The position numbers and the translations under genes are program-made. Shown in pieces: positions 44,770 through 59,370 of a stretch of 64,000 nt of DNA (the stretch's first letter is position 1; every line of letters starts with the position of its first letter). The stretch lies in assembly GCF_009914755.1 (NCBI RefSeq), contig NC_060930.1; one strand, 5' to 3'. This stretch comes from the human T2T-CHM13v2.0 reference genome, Homo sapiens. Under the pieces are notes generated by a model. The model did no database searches and was not told the origin of the DNA. It saw only the letters and a list, made by a program, of their open reading frames with translations.

Positions 44770-45720
44770 TTTAAATCTATTTTATATGCTCTTTTCTAGC
44801 CTTTAATGTGAAATCATATTCAGTTGCCATATTAGAATATAAATATCCTTCTCATAATTATACTAGACATATCATAATTATTACCTAATTGCCTCATTAT
44901 TATATTTAGGCTTCTTTGTGTTTTTTCAAGAATAAATAGTGCAATGTTTAACAATTCTGGGCACAAACCTTTTTTTTTCCTGAATTTTGGGTTATTTCTT
45001 TGCAATATATTCCCAGAAACAACATTTCTGCATTCCAGAAACAAACATTTTAAGGTACCTAGTGAATATTGACAAATTGCTTGTATTGCCAAATATTGCC
45101 AAAATATTTGTAGCTGTTTATATTCTTACTAGCAATATATATAAATACCCATTTCACTACATGTTTGTCAGCAATAAGAATTCTCATTTAAAAACAATGA
45201 AAAGCAAAATTAAATCTTTATACAGTCTTACATTAAACTGCATTTCTGAATGGCCATGAAGCTGCATGTTTTAAAGTATTTATTAAATGCTGTTTCCCCT
45301 CCATGACTTTTTTATTGATTGTGCCTTTATCCCTTGCATATTGCTTTCTTAAATAGAATAACATCTCGCCTATTCCATTTAGAGTGACCAACTTTTTCAG
45401 TTTGTTTATTTTTATTCTTAGCTTATTGGAGGTTTAAATTACGATGAAGTAAGAACTGTAATTTCTTTCATAATGTTTAAACTTAGGGCTTCCTTCTACG
45501 CTTATTTCTTATCCTGCAGAAAACTGATAAATGTTCACTCATTTTATCTAGTTTTTCTATAGTTAATTTTGTTTTTAGCTACTCAATCCATCTTACACTT
45601 ATTTTTGGTTACAGTCCTCTGTGAAGATTTAAATGGATTTCCAAATAGCTAACCAGTTGTATCCAAGGCATTTGTTGAAAGATCCTTCTCTACCTCATTG
45701 ATTCCCATGCAGTCTCTCCT
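44770..45720 (-). mobile_element. Old L1M fragments
   Basis: T-rich L1-like text (ccaaatagctaaccagttgtatccaaggcatttgttgaaagatcc); boundaries approximate. Confidence 0.5.
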
Positions 45721-46322
45721 ACATCGAATACCAATAAACAGACATGAATTGAACTGTAGGGGTCAATTCTCTAACTATTCCTTTGATAGATGAGAAAGCT
45801 GACAGCTAGAGTGTTAAGTGACCTGCCTGTCACTCAGCTGGTCAGAACAAAGGAGGGCTCCACCAAGCTTGTGTGCCCCCAGCTCTTTCCTTGGCCTTGC
45901 TCTCTTGGCCTCTCCACCTGATCTCCTCTTCCTCTCCCAGAGGCTGCACAACGTTACCCTGCATTACAGACCAGCCTGTCCGGCCGCTGGTTAAAGACCC
46001 GCAGGGAGGATGGAAGCTGCGCCTGAGAGCTCCTGCAAGTTCATTTGTGCCAACGTATTCCCAGGTGGGAATGAGGGGAGCCAGGTGGATGCCAAGCCCA
46101 CTTCCCGGGCCTTACGTTTCCCATTCAAACATGGGAGACGTGCTCTTGATACACATAAGGGCATTGATAGTTTACAAATCTACCTATAGGGCAGTTTCTG
46201 CAGGAGGAACAAAAGCAGAGAGGGGGAGCAGCCATTTAGATTCTTCTAAAGGGATACATTACCTGTTACAGATTAGGGAATGGAAGGCCTATGATGGTAG
46301 GGAATTGTAATTATCTTCTTAA

Positions 46323-46464
46323 CCCATTTATGCTGGAGAGTATAATTTTTTGAATTTTGCATGAGTGAAAAATCAGACCTTGGTGATGACCTTGAGCAGG
46401 AGGATATAAATAATTCCCACATGCTTAGCGTTCCAATAATGGAACACTAAGTTCCATAAGTGGG
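46323..46464 (-). mobile_element. MER85 piggyBac (PGBD3-derived) MITE, full length, 142 bp
   Basis: TTAA TSD at 46319-46322 and 46465-46468; TIRs CCCATTTATG...CATAAGTGGG; internal palindrome GTTCCAATAATGGAAC at 46430-46445. Confidence 0.92.
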
Positions 46465-46929
46465 TTAATGGTTATAACTCAAGTGCCAGAACAGGAATGT
46501 GTGCAGCAGTAGAGGGTGTAACGAGGCCTCTAGAGGCCCCGAGACCACCTTCCTTTGACAAAACTACGGCCTCTGACATGGGGTTGTGGGTGGCAGTCAG
46601 TGACTCGTTTCTTGCAGTGGTAATAGGAGAGTCCTCTCTCCAACCCAGACATTTGCTTGATTCATGGTTATTTTGGGTAAAAGTAAATAAAAGTTTCACG
46701 TTGCGAATTCCCAAACTTTGGGGAATTCCTTCATAAACTAGATGAATTCTGTGTGTCTTGAATTCTGCTTTTGCTTTTAGGTTATGAGCTCCTTCAGGGT
46801 CAAATATATTATAAATGAATTAGAAAAAATTGTGAACAATTATAAATGAATAAATAGAAAATAATTATAAAATCTGAAAAGGAAGATTCAGCAACTTTGC
46901 TTCTTCTAGAATTCTTTGAAAATACAATT

Positions 46930-47284
<355 letters not shown>

Positions 47285-47334
47285 TTAGTGACACAAAGAT
47301 GCTTACAATACAGAGTCTACAAAAATGTATATGA

Positions 47335-47955
<621 letters not shown>

Positions 47956-49732
47956 AATATGATCCAACTTTTAAAAGGCAAAAATAATATGTATCTCTCT
48001 ACTTAAATTTTAAAAATTATAAATATTTTATTTGTAATATAAATAAATATATTGCACCCCCCAAGATTGAAATTCATGTTTCCTTCTATGTTTTTATTCT
48101 TTTACTGTATTATTTAACATATGTATTCACAAACAATGTGCAATTTATAATGTCTGAATCCTTTCGTGAGCTCCTTTCTACATTCAACACTGCGATTTTG
48201 AAATGTTACATATCTAGTTTTAGTTATTTTAATTGCAAAGAGTATTGCTTTGGATGACTACCCCAAAATTAATCTATTCCCATACTGGCGGACATTCACA
48301 TTACTCCCAATTTGTTTTCAGTGCTACAGACAATGCAGTAATGAACACTGGACTTGGAACTGCTGCCTCATTCTGACATGCACACCTCTGATTTTACTAT
48401 ATATTAACAAATTGCTTTTTAAAATGGTTGGACAATTCACACTTCAGGTGGATGTTTGGGGTTAGTGAGATAATAGGAAATACTCATTTTCTTCTTTATG
48501 CTTCTCTGTATTTTCTAATTATTCTATCAAAAGTATTAACCACTTGGTCAATATATTTAACTTTTTTTAAAAAAAGAAAAACTTTTCTACTGCATTTTTT
48601 AAGATCACATGAGTATGTTAACATATGTCACTTGATATTGAAAAAGCTCTGTGACTTACTAGTGGACCCATTGTACAGCTAAGAAAATAGAGGCTCAGGG
48701 AAGTCATGACTTATTTTCTTTGGTCACTAACCTGCTCAGGTCCCTACCTTCTCTGATCCTCAGCTTCTTCCTGTCATTCACATCAGCCTAACTGATAACA
48801 CTATTGAGGGCATAAAGTAAGATGAACAATTAGAAATACTAAAACATATTAAGTGATTCACATACATATATACGTTTAGAGGCAACTCGTTCAGCGAATA
48901 TTTATAGAGCCTCTACCGCGTGGCCCTGGTGATCTTTTCTCACGGCCATGTTCTTTATGTCCTTTCACTCCTCTGCTTACAGTAAGAAATAACTAAGTAT
49001 TGGGAAATCGAGGAGAAAATGCCTTCTTACAAACCCTCCAGCTTCCATTCCACTCAGTCCTTCTCATGGAAAGCAGCATGGGTTAGCAAATCCTTAGATT
49101 TACTGAGGCTACTTACAACTTCTTCTGTTAATCCTTGGTTCTAAGCTTTAACATTCATTTAATTCTCAAAGATCTGTAAATACCGACTCAATTTAGAGAA
49201 CAAACATGGATTCAATACTAAAAGCCAGTGTGTTTGGGTTTCACATCATTGTCTTCAAAGGACTTCCTGGTTTCTAAGAAAGCAAATCCTGGCAAGGCTG
49301 GAGAGCTCCAGAAATCCAGTGCCTGGGCTCACAAAAGCCAGCCCTGACTTCGCGAAGAAAAAGCCTCAAACTGCAGAACACACCCGGCAAGCTGTTCTTA
49401 TCGTTCCGAGGCCATTGCAGAGCCAGATACGGTTACACAGCCCTTCTGAAGCAAAGATACACTAAGTCTAGACAGGCCCTGGTTCCCTGTGATAAACTCC
49501 AGATCATCACCACCACAGGGCCCTGCTCCCAGCTACTTCATCTTTCCCTGTAATACCTCACACATCCAGTTCTCCTTCATTAGCTCTATGATAATGGCTT
49601 GACGTAGGTCCAAAGAGCAAAGGAACTTGGATTTGAAAGTCCGAGACCCCTCTGCAAAATACCATTGCTTCTTTCGCTTCAGAAAAGATTTTGGGAAGTG
49701 AATGAAACACATCCAGCTGTAGTTCTTCTGAT

Positions 49733-50320
49733 GTTAGAATTACCATATGACCCAGAAACTCTACTCCTAGGAATCTACTCAGGAGAAATGAAAACACACA
49801 TCCACACAAAATCTTGTACACCCACGTTCACGGCAGCGTTGCTCTCGATAGCCAAAGGCCGAAACAGCCCCAGTGTTCATCAACTGATGCGTGGATAAAT
49901 ACAATACAGTATATCCATAAAATGGAATATTCTCCAGCCACAAGAAAGAATAAATTAATTACTGATACATGCTACAACATGAATGAACCTCAAAAACATG
50001 TTATATGAAAGAAACCCGTCACAAAACACCACATATGGTACGATTCGGTTTATATGAAAGGTTCGGACTAGGCCAATGCATGGAGACAGAAAGTGAACTT
50101 GTGGTTGTCTAGGGCTGGAGGGGGCAGGATGGGGGAGTGACTGCTGATATGTACGGTTTCTCTCTGAGGTGCTAAAAATGCTCTCAAAGTAGATAGTGGT
50201 GATGGTCGCACAACCATGAATATACAAAAAGCCATTGCACTGCACACTTGCAATGGGTGAATTTTATGGTATATAAATTATATCTCAATAAAGCTGTATG
50301 TAAAAACAAAGAAAAAAACA
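49733..50320 (+). mobile_element. L1MB-type 3' end
   Basis: gaattaccatatgacccag...ggagaaatgaaaaca...gggtgaattttatggtatataaattatatctcaataaagctg. Confidence 0.85.
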
Positions 50321-51574
50321 CTGGCCCCACAGAAGACAAAACATAAGCGGAGTCAGCCTTCAGTCCACACAGCCATGTCAACACATAGAGGGACATGCTG
50401 TTTAGATGAAGGAAATGAGCTGCAGAAAGGAGTCAGGGAGTTTCAGCCTGCAGGAAAAAGCCACTCCACCTTCACCCAGGCAGAGCAAGGTGTCCAGGCG
50501 AGGCCGGTTGGCAGGATGTTACTGCCCACCACAGCACTTGCAGGAAGTAAAACAGATCCCCCTCAACTGAAATGATCTCGGAGACTGGTCCTTAAGTAGG
50601 ACTGGCCCTTACCCTGGATCCTGAGTATAGGCAATGGGCAAAGCTGGAAGGATACGAAAACCTGGCTAACACCCTAAGTTTCCCAGGCAAGAGGAAATCA
50701 ACCCCAGGCACGCATGGTGACGGCAGCGACCGCCACCATCTAGAAGAATTAGGCTTTGTGCCTAAGATTGGGGGAAAGTCTTCGGTGGATCAAATATTTT
50801 GTTCTCCTTCCTGTGAGGCTGCTTTGAAAAGCTGAGATTAAACACTCTGCTGATGTTCCTCACCACCAGCGCTGCTCTCTGCCGTGTGTCATGGATGAAC
50901 ACATTTGCTGTGTTCACATGAAATGTGGGGAGAAGTTCCAGGGCTGAAATACGTGACAGACATGACACTCGTGCTATGAAACCAGCTTCCTCTGATAGCC
51001 ACATAGCGGAGCTGACACGTCCTCCCTGAAGCAGGCTCGGGAGGCAGAGACGGCGTCTGATGGCTCCCCCGGTCCCTGCAGCCTGTACACAGTCGACACT
51101 GACAAAGAGCGTTCCCGAAAGAAATCTGGTGGATTGCCAAAAGCTTCATTAATTAATGAAATCAGTGGGGAGATAAATAATTGAAGGGAAAGAAATGGGT
51201 TCATCAGTTTGGCAACACTGAAATTTTCATGCATTCTGCCTAGGAGACGAATAAGCCCACAAGACAGGCATCAAGAATGGATGTGCCTTTTCTCCAGTTT
51301 TAGGTCTGGGAGAGTTTCCACTTTCCCAAAAGTCAGCCTTTGGCATCACGTTGGAGACGCCTGTTGCGAGCTCCCTGCAGACCAGCCACCTTAGCCAGTG
51401 GGCGTGGAGGCAGAGGTCTTCACTTTTCCTCTAAGTCCTTACTAAGAATTTTCCTGTGCCCTAAATGAGATGTTGGAGATGGGGGGAAAGTGGCAATGAA
51501 AACAGCACTTGTTTCTAACATGAACTTTGGATCAGGATAAAAGTAGTAAACTTAAAATTAGATGAATGCTAAAA

Positions 51575-52000
51575 TGTTCCAAATATCCATCACCCGGTGA
51601 ATAAAGAAGCAAGAGATGGTACAGCCACAGGACGGAAGACCACTAACAAGAAGGAACCAGTCCCGGCTCCATGCATGCCACGGGTGGATCTCAAGCATAT
51701 TATGCTAAATGAACAGAGCCAGACACAGAACAATACATAGTGAATTATCCCACTCATAGGCAATACCTATCAAAGGCCAAATTACAGACACAGAAACTGG
51801 ATCACTGATTGTCTGAGCTACAGACACATGTGAGGATGGATCCTGTGGGCATGAGGAGACTTTTGGGATGAGAGAGGCGTTCTAAGCTGGATTTTGGTGA
51901 TGGTTACACAACGCCAAATTTACCAAAACTCATTGAACTATACACTTAAAATGGGTGAATTTATGGTATGTAAATTATATCTTAGTAATGCCATTAAAAA
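51575..52000 (+). mobile_element. L1MB/ME-type 3' end
   Basis: ccaaatatccatca...tacacttaaaatgggtgaatttatggtatgtaaattatatc. Confidence 0.75.
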
Positions 52001-52224
52001 ATTAAATGAAGACAGAAGTTTTTAAAACTGCTGAAATCCAACATCAAAAAAATGATCAAAGGGTTCTTGAAATATGAGAAGTCAATTTAAATTAATTTTC
52101 TTCATGGAAATTAAAAAGGAATGTGGACAAGAAGGAGAAAGAGAAGAAAAAAAAAGGAAAGACAGCGTTAGTCCCACCTTCTATTTCATATGGAAGTGAA
52201 TACAAGCTTATTCTGTTGTTCCAT

Positions 52225-52720
52225 TAGCTATGAACCCATCTGGTCCCAATCCCCAGGTCACCATCATATACACAAGGATGTGGTGACGCAGTCTGTCAAA
52301 TGTTTACTTTACAGGATCACCCTTGCTCTGGCACTTTCTCAACTGACTCACCCAGTAACGGTACCAATGAAATAAGTGAGGTTAACTCAACATGATTTAG
52401 TTTTGGCGCACACATCCTGGCTCCATGGGATCATTTATTACTTCCTACGTTAAAACACTTGGAAGGAAAAAACTCCTGCGTGCCAGAATGAAAGTTCTAG
52501 TATTTACACTTCTCAACTTTTAAAAACAAGGAATTTTACTTATCTCCAGTCTTATGACACTTTTTTTCCTCCATGAGACCTCAAAGACTGAGAGTGGCAG
52601 TTCAGAGATGAAAACTCTACGTCCATTGTCTTCCCTAAAAAGTGACTTCCCTTGGCTGCAATAACGGAAGTAACTCAAAATGACTGCACTCCCATCTTCA
52701 GGCTGTTCTATCCTTTCCCA
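52225..52720 (-). mobile_element. L3/CR1 relic
   Basis: agctatgaacccatct...cacaaggat...gtcaaatgtttact...gtgaggttaactcaacatgatttagttttgg...cctggctcc resembles reversed CR1 RT. Confidence 0.5.
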
Positions 52721-53200
52721 TTTGAAAACAAATTTCCTGCAAACGGGTTGGCAGATTCTCCAAATACCTGAGAGTATCCAACAACCATTTTTAGACTTTT
52801 GTTTTGTACAAAGTTATCTTCTCTGAATCTATAAACTTTTCCACCTCTTGGTGGAAATTTTCAAATGTATATTTATGTTCATGTCTTGAATCATAAGACA
52901 AGCAAAATACAGAAAGAAAAAACACAACTAAAATTGACACAAGAGAGCAATAACCTCTCACAGTCCTAGAAAACAGGAGAGTTCTCTTATCTGGGGCAAC
53001 TTCAGCTTTGGACTTCACCACCTATATATGTTGGGAGATGGTTCTTATTTCTCCTCCCCACCCCACTCCCCGCAAAAAACACAGAAACACCATCCACAGA
53101 GAGTCATTACTCAAGCTAGGTTGTAGCAAGACTTGGTTGAAAGTTTAATCACATGGCTAGATGTGAAAGACTTGGGGACTATTTTACCACAAGCATTTAA

Positions 53201-53499
53201 TTTTTTTTTTTTTTTGGAGAATGAGTCTCACTCTATCGCCCAGGCTGGAAGTGCAGTGGCACAATCTAGGCTCACTGCAACCCCCACTCCCAGGTTCAAG
53301 AGATTCTCATGCCTCAGCCTCCCAAGTAGCTGGGATTACAGGCGCCCGCCACCAGGCCCAGCTAATTTTTTGTATTTTTAGTAGAGACAGGGTTTCATCA
53401 TACAGGCAAGGCTGGTATCAAACTCCTGACCTCAAGTGATCCTCCCGCCTCAGCCTCCCAAAGTGCTGGGATTACAGGTGTGAGCCACGGTACCCGGCC
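53201..53499 (-). mobile_element. AluS, followed by an L1MA-like 3' end on the minus strand (about 53505-53720)
   Basis: Poly(T) plus reverse Alu; then aattgacaaataaaaattgtacatatttatggtgtacaacat. Confidence 0.92.
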
Positions 53500-53881
53500 T
53501 TAAATTCTTTTCAATTGACAAATAAAAATTGTACATATTTATGGTGTACAACATAATGTTATGATATACGTTTACACCGTGAAATGATTAAATGAAGCTC
53601 GCTAACGTATCGATCACTTCCCATACTTATTTTTCTTATGATGAGAAAGTTTAAAATCTATTCTTTTAGTAATGTTTAAATACACATTATTCTTAGTTAT
53701 GGTCACAATGCCATGTAACAGACCTCTGCACCCCTGAAGCTTTAACAGCACCAATCATCCTTTCTATACTGAGATAGTCCTAATATGACCTTGGCTGTCC
53801 GCAGCGCGTATGCTTTGAGTTGCTGGTGATCACGGGCTTTTGTAGAGCCACCCGGTCTTTTGCAGGGCGGTCTGGAGTTGG

Positions 53882-53959
53882 TTGAGTCTAGAGTTAGTGA
53901 GTTTTCACACATGTGCCACACTACCAGCACGTGTGAAAACTCACTAACTCTATACTCAA
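53882..53959. repeat. Near-perfect inverted repeat (29-bp arms, 1 mismatch, 20-nt spacer)
   Basis: TTGAGTCTAGAGTTAGTGAGTTTTCACAC (53882-53910) versus GTGTGAAAACTCACTAACTCTATACTCAA (53931-53959). Confidence 0.97.
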
Positions 53960-53961
53960 TG

Positions 53962-54119
53962 CAGGAAAGGCTACAGCATTTGCCAGGCCTGGTCAAAATG
54001 AGAATGTGGGGTTCCTTCTTCAAAAACTATCAAGAATTTCAACAAGGGAGAGCAGAGCCTTACCCCAACTGTGGGGTCCCAGGTCACCGCACAGTTCACA
54101 TGCCCAGGAGGACTCTCTG
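53962..54119 (-). mobile_element. MER45A hAT MITE
   Basis: caggaaaggctac...caaaatgagaatgtgggg...ttcaaaaactatcaagaatttcaa...gcagagc...gcacag...ctg; degenerate 8-bp TSD. Confidence 0.75.
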
Positions 54120-54775
54120 GCTGAGTGGCACCTTGAGCTTACCAACAGGGCAACTCCTCAAATGTGACCAAGGAAGAGAGTTAAGAACTGCCGAAAGAAA
54201 ATGAAAGTCTTCCGGACAGGGGTCCACTTTTTACAATGTCAGCACCTAGCTCCATGGTATCTATGTGCACGCTGCACCCCCAGGGCCGAGTCGTAAGTTC
54301 ACCATTGAGTCACATCCTGGTTCTTGCTTCCCTTCTCAGACCCATCCAGGAGTTGCACTGGAGGAAACTTCCATTCACCTGGCGCTATACGTGTTTGGGG
54401 CTGGGGAGTCTCTGGAAGTGAACTGCGTGCCACTATAACAAGCCAAGAACAGCATGTGGGGACAGGGCTTTAACAAAAGCACAGTGGGATCCAGCAGCCT
54501 CTCACTGCTTCAGGCTTCAGTGAACTGCTAGGATGACGGAGGGGCCATTACTCCCACCGCACATGGGAGTGTCCTCTTCCTCTTAGCCCTTTCCATAGGC
54601 GATGCCTTTCATTCCTGCAGACAGCGTTTATGAAAGAACCAGCCTGGGGAATGAACACTGACCAGTCCCAAGGAGCTTGTCAAACTGCAGGAAAGCAAGA
54701 TAAGAAATTCAAGTTGTAGAGTCCAAGACTAACTGCTACTCTCTTGGAATGTGCAGCGTGGTTTGAAAATAAAAA

Positions 54776-55082
54776 GCCAGGCCTGGCACAGTGGCTCACA
54801 CCTGTAATCTCAGCACTTTGGGAGGCTGAGGCAGGCGGATCACTTGAGGTCAGATGTTTGAGTTCAGCCTGGCCAACATGGTGAAACCCCATCTCTACTA
54901 AAAATTAACCAGGCGTGGTGGCACACACCTGTAGTCCTAGCTACTCAGGAGGCTGAGGCAGGCAGGAGAATCACTTGAACCTGGGAGGCGGAGGTTGCAG
55001 TGAGCCAAGATTGTGCCACCGCACTCCAGCCTGGGCCACAAAAGGAGACTACGTCTCAAAAAAAAAAAAAAAAAAAAAAAAA
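54776..55082 (+). mobile_element. AluS, immediately followed by a 5'-truncated AluJ-like copy (55089-55310)
   Basis: Two tandem Alu bodies, each with its own A-tail. Confidence 0.92.
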
Positions 55083-56579
55083 CAGGATTCAGCCTGGGCA
55101 ACATGGCAAAACTCCCTCTCTACACAAAATACAAACATTAGCTGGGTGTGGTGGTGTGCACCCATAGTCCCAGCTACTTGGGGAGGGCTGAGGCAGGTGG
55201 CTCACTTGAGCCAGGGAGGTCAAGGTTGAAGTGAGCTGTGTTTGAGCCACTGCATTCCGGCCTGGGTGACAAAGTGAGAGCCTGTCTCAAAAAAAAGAAA
55301 AAATAAATAAACGTCAGGGTTAGGACACCTGATTTCACCAGGCAGGGCCATGAGGAGGTCAGGAAATCTCCTTAGAGGAGTGCACACTGAACCACGTCTT
55401 CGCCTTCTAGAATTTCCTGAGCAGGGCTCACTCTGGTGCTCCGAGCTCGTGTATTCCGTTCCACCTGCCTGATGCCCTTCCCTCCCCCTTTTCTCCCACT
55501 GTTGACTTGCCAAACATGTGTTTATCCTTCCAACCCCTGCTTAAGCCAGCTCCTTCTCCTCCCTGCCTCCCGCTGAACAGTCAGGTGCATCTTTCCCTGT
55601 TTCTCATGGCCCCTTCTCTATTAGCCATGAAGCTCACTGTCACAGAATGTGGCCACTTACTGACTGCACGAGTCCATGAGACAAACAACAGAAAAGACCC
55701 GGCACAGTCCTGGGCCACATGACGTTGACAAGTGCTATTTCCCTTCGTGTGTATATCTGCCATCCCACGAAGCAGGCTTCCTCAGGAGCTGAGTGTCTTT
55801 CACCATCATATCCACAGCTCCCAGCACAGACCTGGCATGAGAGGTGGTTAATAAATATCCATAGAATGAATGAACTGAATGGTCAGTCACATTCACCACA
55901 CTGCTCCAGGGAAACGCCCGGCTCACGGCTGACTCATGATGGGACCTGTCAGAGGGACGTAGCTGCTACCCTGAGACTGGGTAAGGCATCATCATTAACA
56001 AAGCCAACGGAGGGATATTTTACCTTCCACAAATCCAGCTAATCATGTAGTGTTTGTAAGCTACATTTGACATGGGACAAGTCAGTAATTGAGCTCTACC
56101 TCTTTTCTAGGTATACATGTTTGTAAGGGGGTTTCCTCCACCTGGTTTTGCCCTCTTTATTCCTTTTCTCTTTCTTTATGAGTGGACCTTCGGCTTCTGA
56201 CTGCATTTTCCTAGCACAGAGCTGTGAATGCTGCATATCCAAAGAGGCTGGAGAGTGAACAGGCATTGACCTTCACACCTGGGTAGGGGCTCCTGGGCCA
56301 GAGACCCAGTTTGCCTGTATGAGCTGTGCAGCCCTGGGAAGACTGCTGACCCCCAGGCTCCCCATCTGTGAAATGGAGATAAGAAGAGTTCCTAGTCGAG
56401 GGCTGGTGGTGAGGATTATCCGTAGACCTTTGCCTGGTACATCATCTTAAATGTCGCTGTGGTCATCATTATCATCACTGTGCCATCACCACAGCCTGGG
56501 CCCTGGCTCTGGGTTTCTTTTTTTTCAAAGTCACCCTCTTCTGGCTAGCCACCCTCCTTCTATCCTGAGGTTCCAGTCC

Positions 56580-56712
56580 TCTCAGCCCATAATCATTTAT
56601 AGAACTTAAAAAAAAATGAGCCTGAATTGGTTGGTCCAAGGTGGGGCCCAGGAAGTCCTTTTTAAAATGCTTCCTAGGTGATCCTCATGTGCAGGCAATG
56701 TTGAGAACATGG
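56580..56712. mobile_element. MER5-like hAT fragment
   Basis: ggtccaaggtggggcccagga...tttttaaaatgcttcctaggtgatcctcatgtgca...gttgagaac. Confidence 0.6.
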
Positions 56713-57559
56713 GTTAGACTCTGCTGCCAGGACCTGAAAAGCGTGATGGAGCTGCAGCCATGGTGGCCAGCTGCCGCGTCTGTCCCTGCCACACAGGGGC
56801 TACTTCCCACTGCTGTGTGTGAGCTCCCCAAACCCCAAACTCTTCCACAGCTGGCTCTATACTAGCTCATTCCTTTTTTTTTTCCCCCTCCTCATTATTC
56901 TCTCATAGCAAATAAAACTTGGTTTGCTTGTCCCTGGGCAAAGTCCCCAGCCTAGAGTTCCTCCTTCCACATCTTATTGTAAAAACACAGGCTTACTGGG
57001 GCTCTTAGGGGCTGAGTTCTCCCCTTCTGACCCACTGCAAGCTCTACCCCACTTCTTCCTTTGCTCAGAAGGTTTGGGTCCGATTATTCTTCAGTCCCAC
57101 GGGGGAGTGAGACCCTCATAGTGAGGGGCACCCTTTGGGTAGCTTCTTGGGACTTGAACTGGTACATTTCACACACCTCTTTTGTTTTGAGTTCAAAAGA
57201 TAACTCCAGTGAAAAAAACCTCTAGGAGAACATGAGGATAACGTCATAAACAGTGCTGATGAAAGATGCCAGCGAGCCGTGAGAGCTGAGGTGGCCAGTC
57301 CTTGTCTGCAGGGAATGACCGAGGAAGAGAGGCCAGGAGGATCAAAGCAAGCCCTGGGCTATTCCAGAGAAAGCGAGGGAAGGCCCACCAAGGCGAGTGA
57401 CCAGAGGCAGAAGAGACAGACCCAAGCCACCCTCCATCCACCCATCAGACCATCAGAAGAGACAGAGAAGGAAAAAGAGCAAAGGCAGACATATTCTCGG
57501 CGGCGAAAGCTATATAGAAGCTGCTGAAGACCAGGCTCTCTTTAAAAAGACAAACAACA

Positions 57560-57866
<307 letters not shown>

Positions 57867-59370
57867 CTAATGTGGCAAAAATTGGAATGAATATAAATAA
57901 TTAAAAGAATGAGGCACATTTAAAATATCTCTCTGGTCCTCTCCCCCCACCTCCTCTCAAACTTTAACCCTATTATTCCTCTAGAGATGGAGTCCAAATG
58001 AGGATTTCAGTGACCCCCACAACATCTTCATTACATCATCTGGTCTTAAGTAACTTCCAGATTTCCACATGATTTGGGGGGCTGTGATGGGAAGTTTCTG
58101 CACATTTTGAAACAATGGGAAGTCTTTTCACCCTAAAAGAAAATTCAGGAAAATTTCAGGAAAGGCAAGAATATGAAATGCAAGTCCATGTAATTCTGTT
58201 ACAATATTTAGTAAAATCACAGTGTGCTCAGGCATTGCTAGCTCTGTGGCTTTGGGAGGGTTAGTTAACCTCTCTGTGCCTCAGTTTCAAATTAGATTAG
58301 AGAAAATAATTGGCAACCCACAGGGCTGGGGGCAAGCTGAAATGAGGTGTTATACAAAGCAGACAGCTTCTAGTAAGTGCTGCGTAACACATGTTGATTA
58401 CAAAGTACATAAATGATCACCTTATAAGGTGTAATATGATAAGTGACCATTTGGGAAGAATATGATTGGAAAGTGACCTTCTTTCTCCCTATATTTACTA
58501 TCTCAGGGCGTCAAAGACACCCTCCATACAACAAGTTACCAAACCCTCCTGGCTTTCAGACCTGTGCCTCTTCTGGGCCTCCCCTCCCAGAGCTGCAGGA
58601 TGCTCAGCCTCTCTCTGCTTCCTGCCACGCCAGCCCACCTCATTCCTCTGTGGTCTAGGAAAACTCCAGCCTCCCGCCCTGTCCCACCTCACCCACTGGC
58701 CCACTCCTCTGGTCTCTGGCACTCCGTGAGAAGCGTGCACACTGGGACCAATACTCCCCACTTCCAGACCTAACGTGGGGGCTGTTCTTCTCTAGGAAGT
58801 ATTTTAGGAAGCCCAGACTGGGCAGGGGTGGTGAGGTGGTCCCCCTGGTGTGCCCGCGCATCCCTGCCCTGCAAGTCTTATCCACTGCGTGGGAACCCCT
58901 CGCTGAGGCTTCCGTCTTGCCCTCTGGGCAGCAGGCTCCTCAAAGGCACTTGCAGGGTCGGCTCCCTCTTTGTATTCCTGCGGGCTGAATGCACGGGCTC
59001 CCTAAGAAACGCTGAAAGGGGATTCTGGAGTTGGGTGGGGAGTTGGAATAACTGACCCCACTTCTGTTGACCTTTGAGAGCCTGAAAGCGAGAAGGGAGA
59101 AGCGAGATGGGAAGATAAAAGGGAGGGACACAGCAGTTATGGAACCCCTAGGGTCACCCAGGACTAGTTATGGGACCCCTAGAGTCCCCCAGGGCTGGGG
59201 AGCTGAAGCCTAACTTCAGGCAGGGCAGGGTGCTGGTCCTGGGAAGGAAGTAAAGGTGGCCCCTCCTGTAAGTGAGAAGCACCAGGGACGGAAAGGGAAA
59301 GAAAGGCTTGAAATACCAGCAACTGTGGGGATGGATGCTAGGAGGCAAATTAATACTAGTGAGACCTGGT

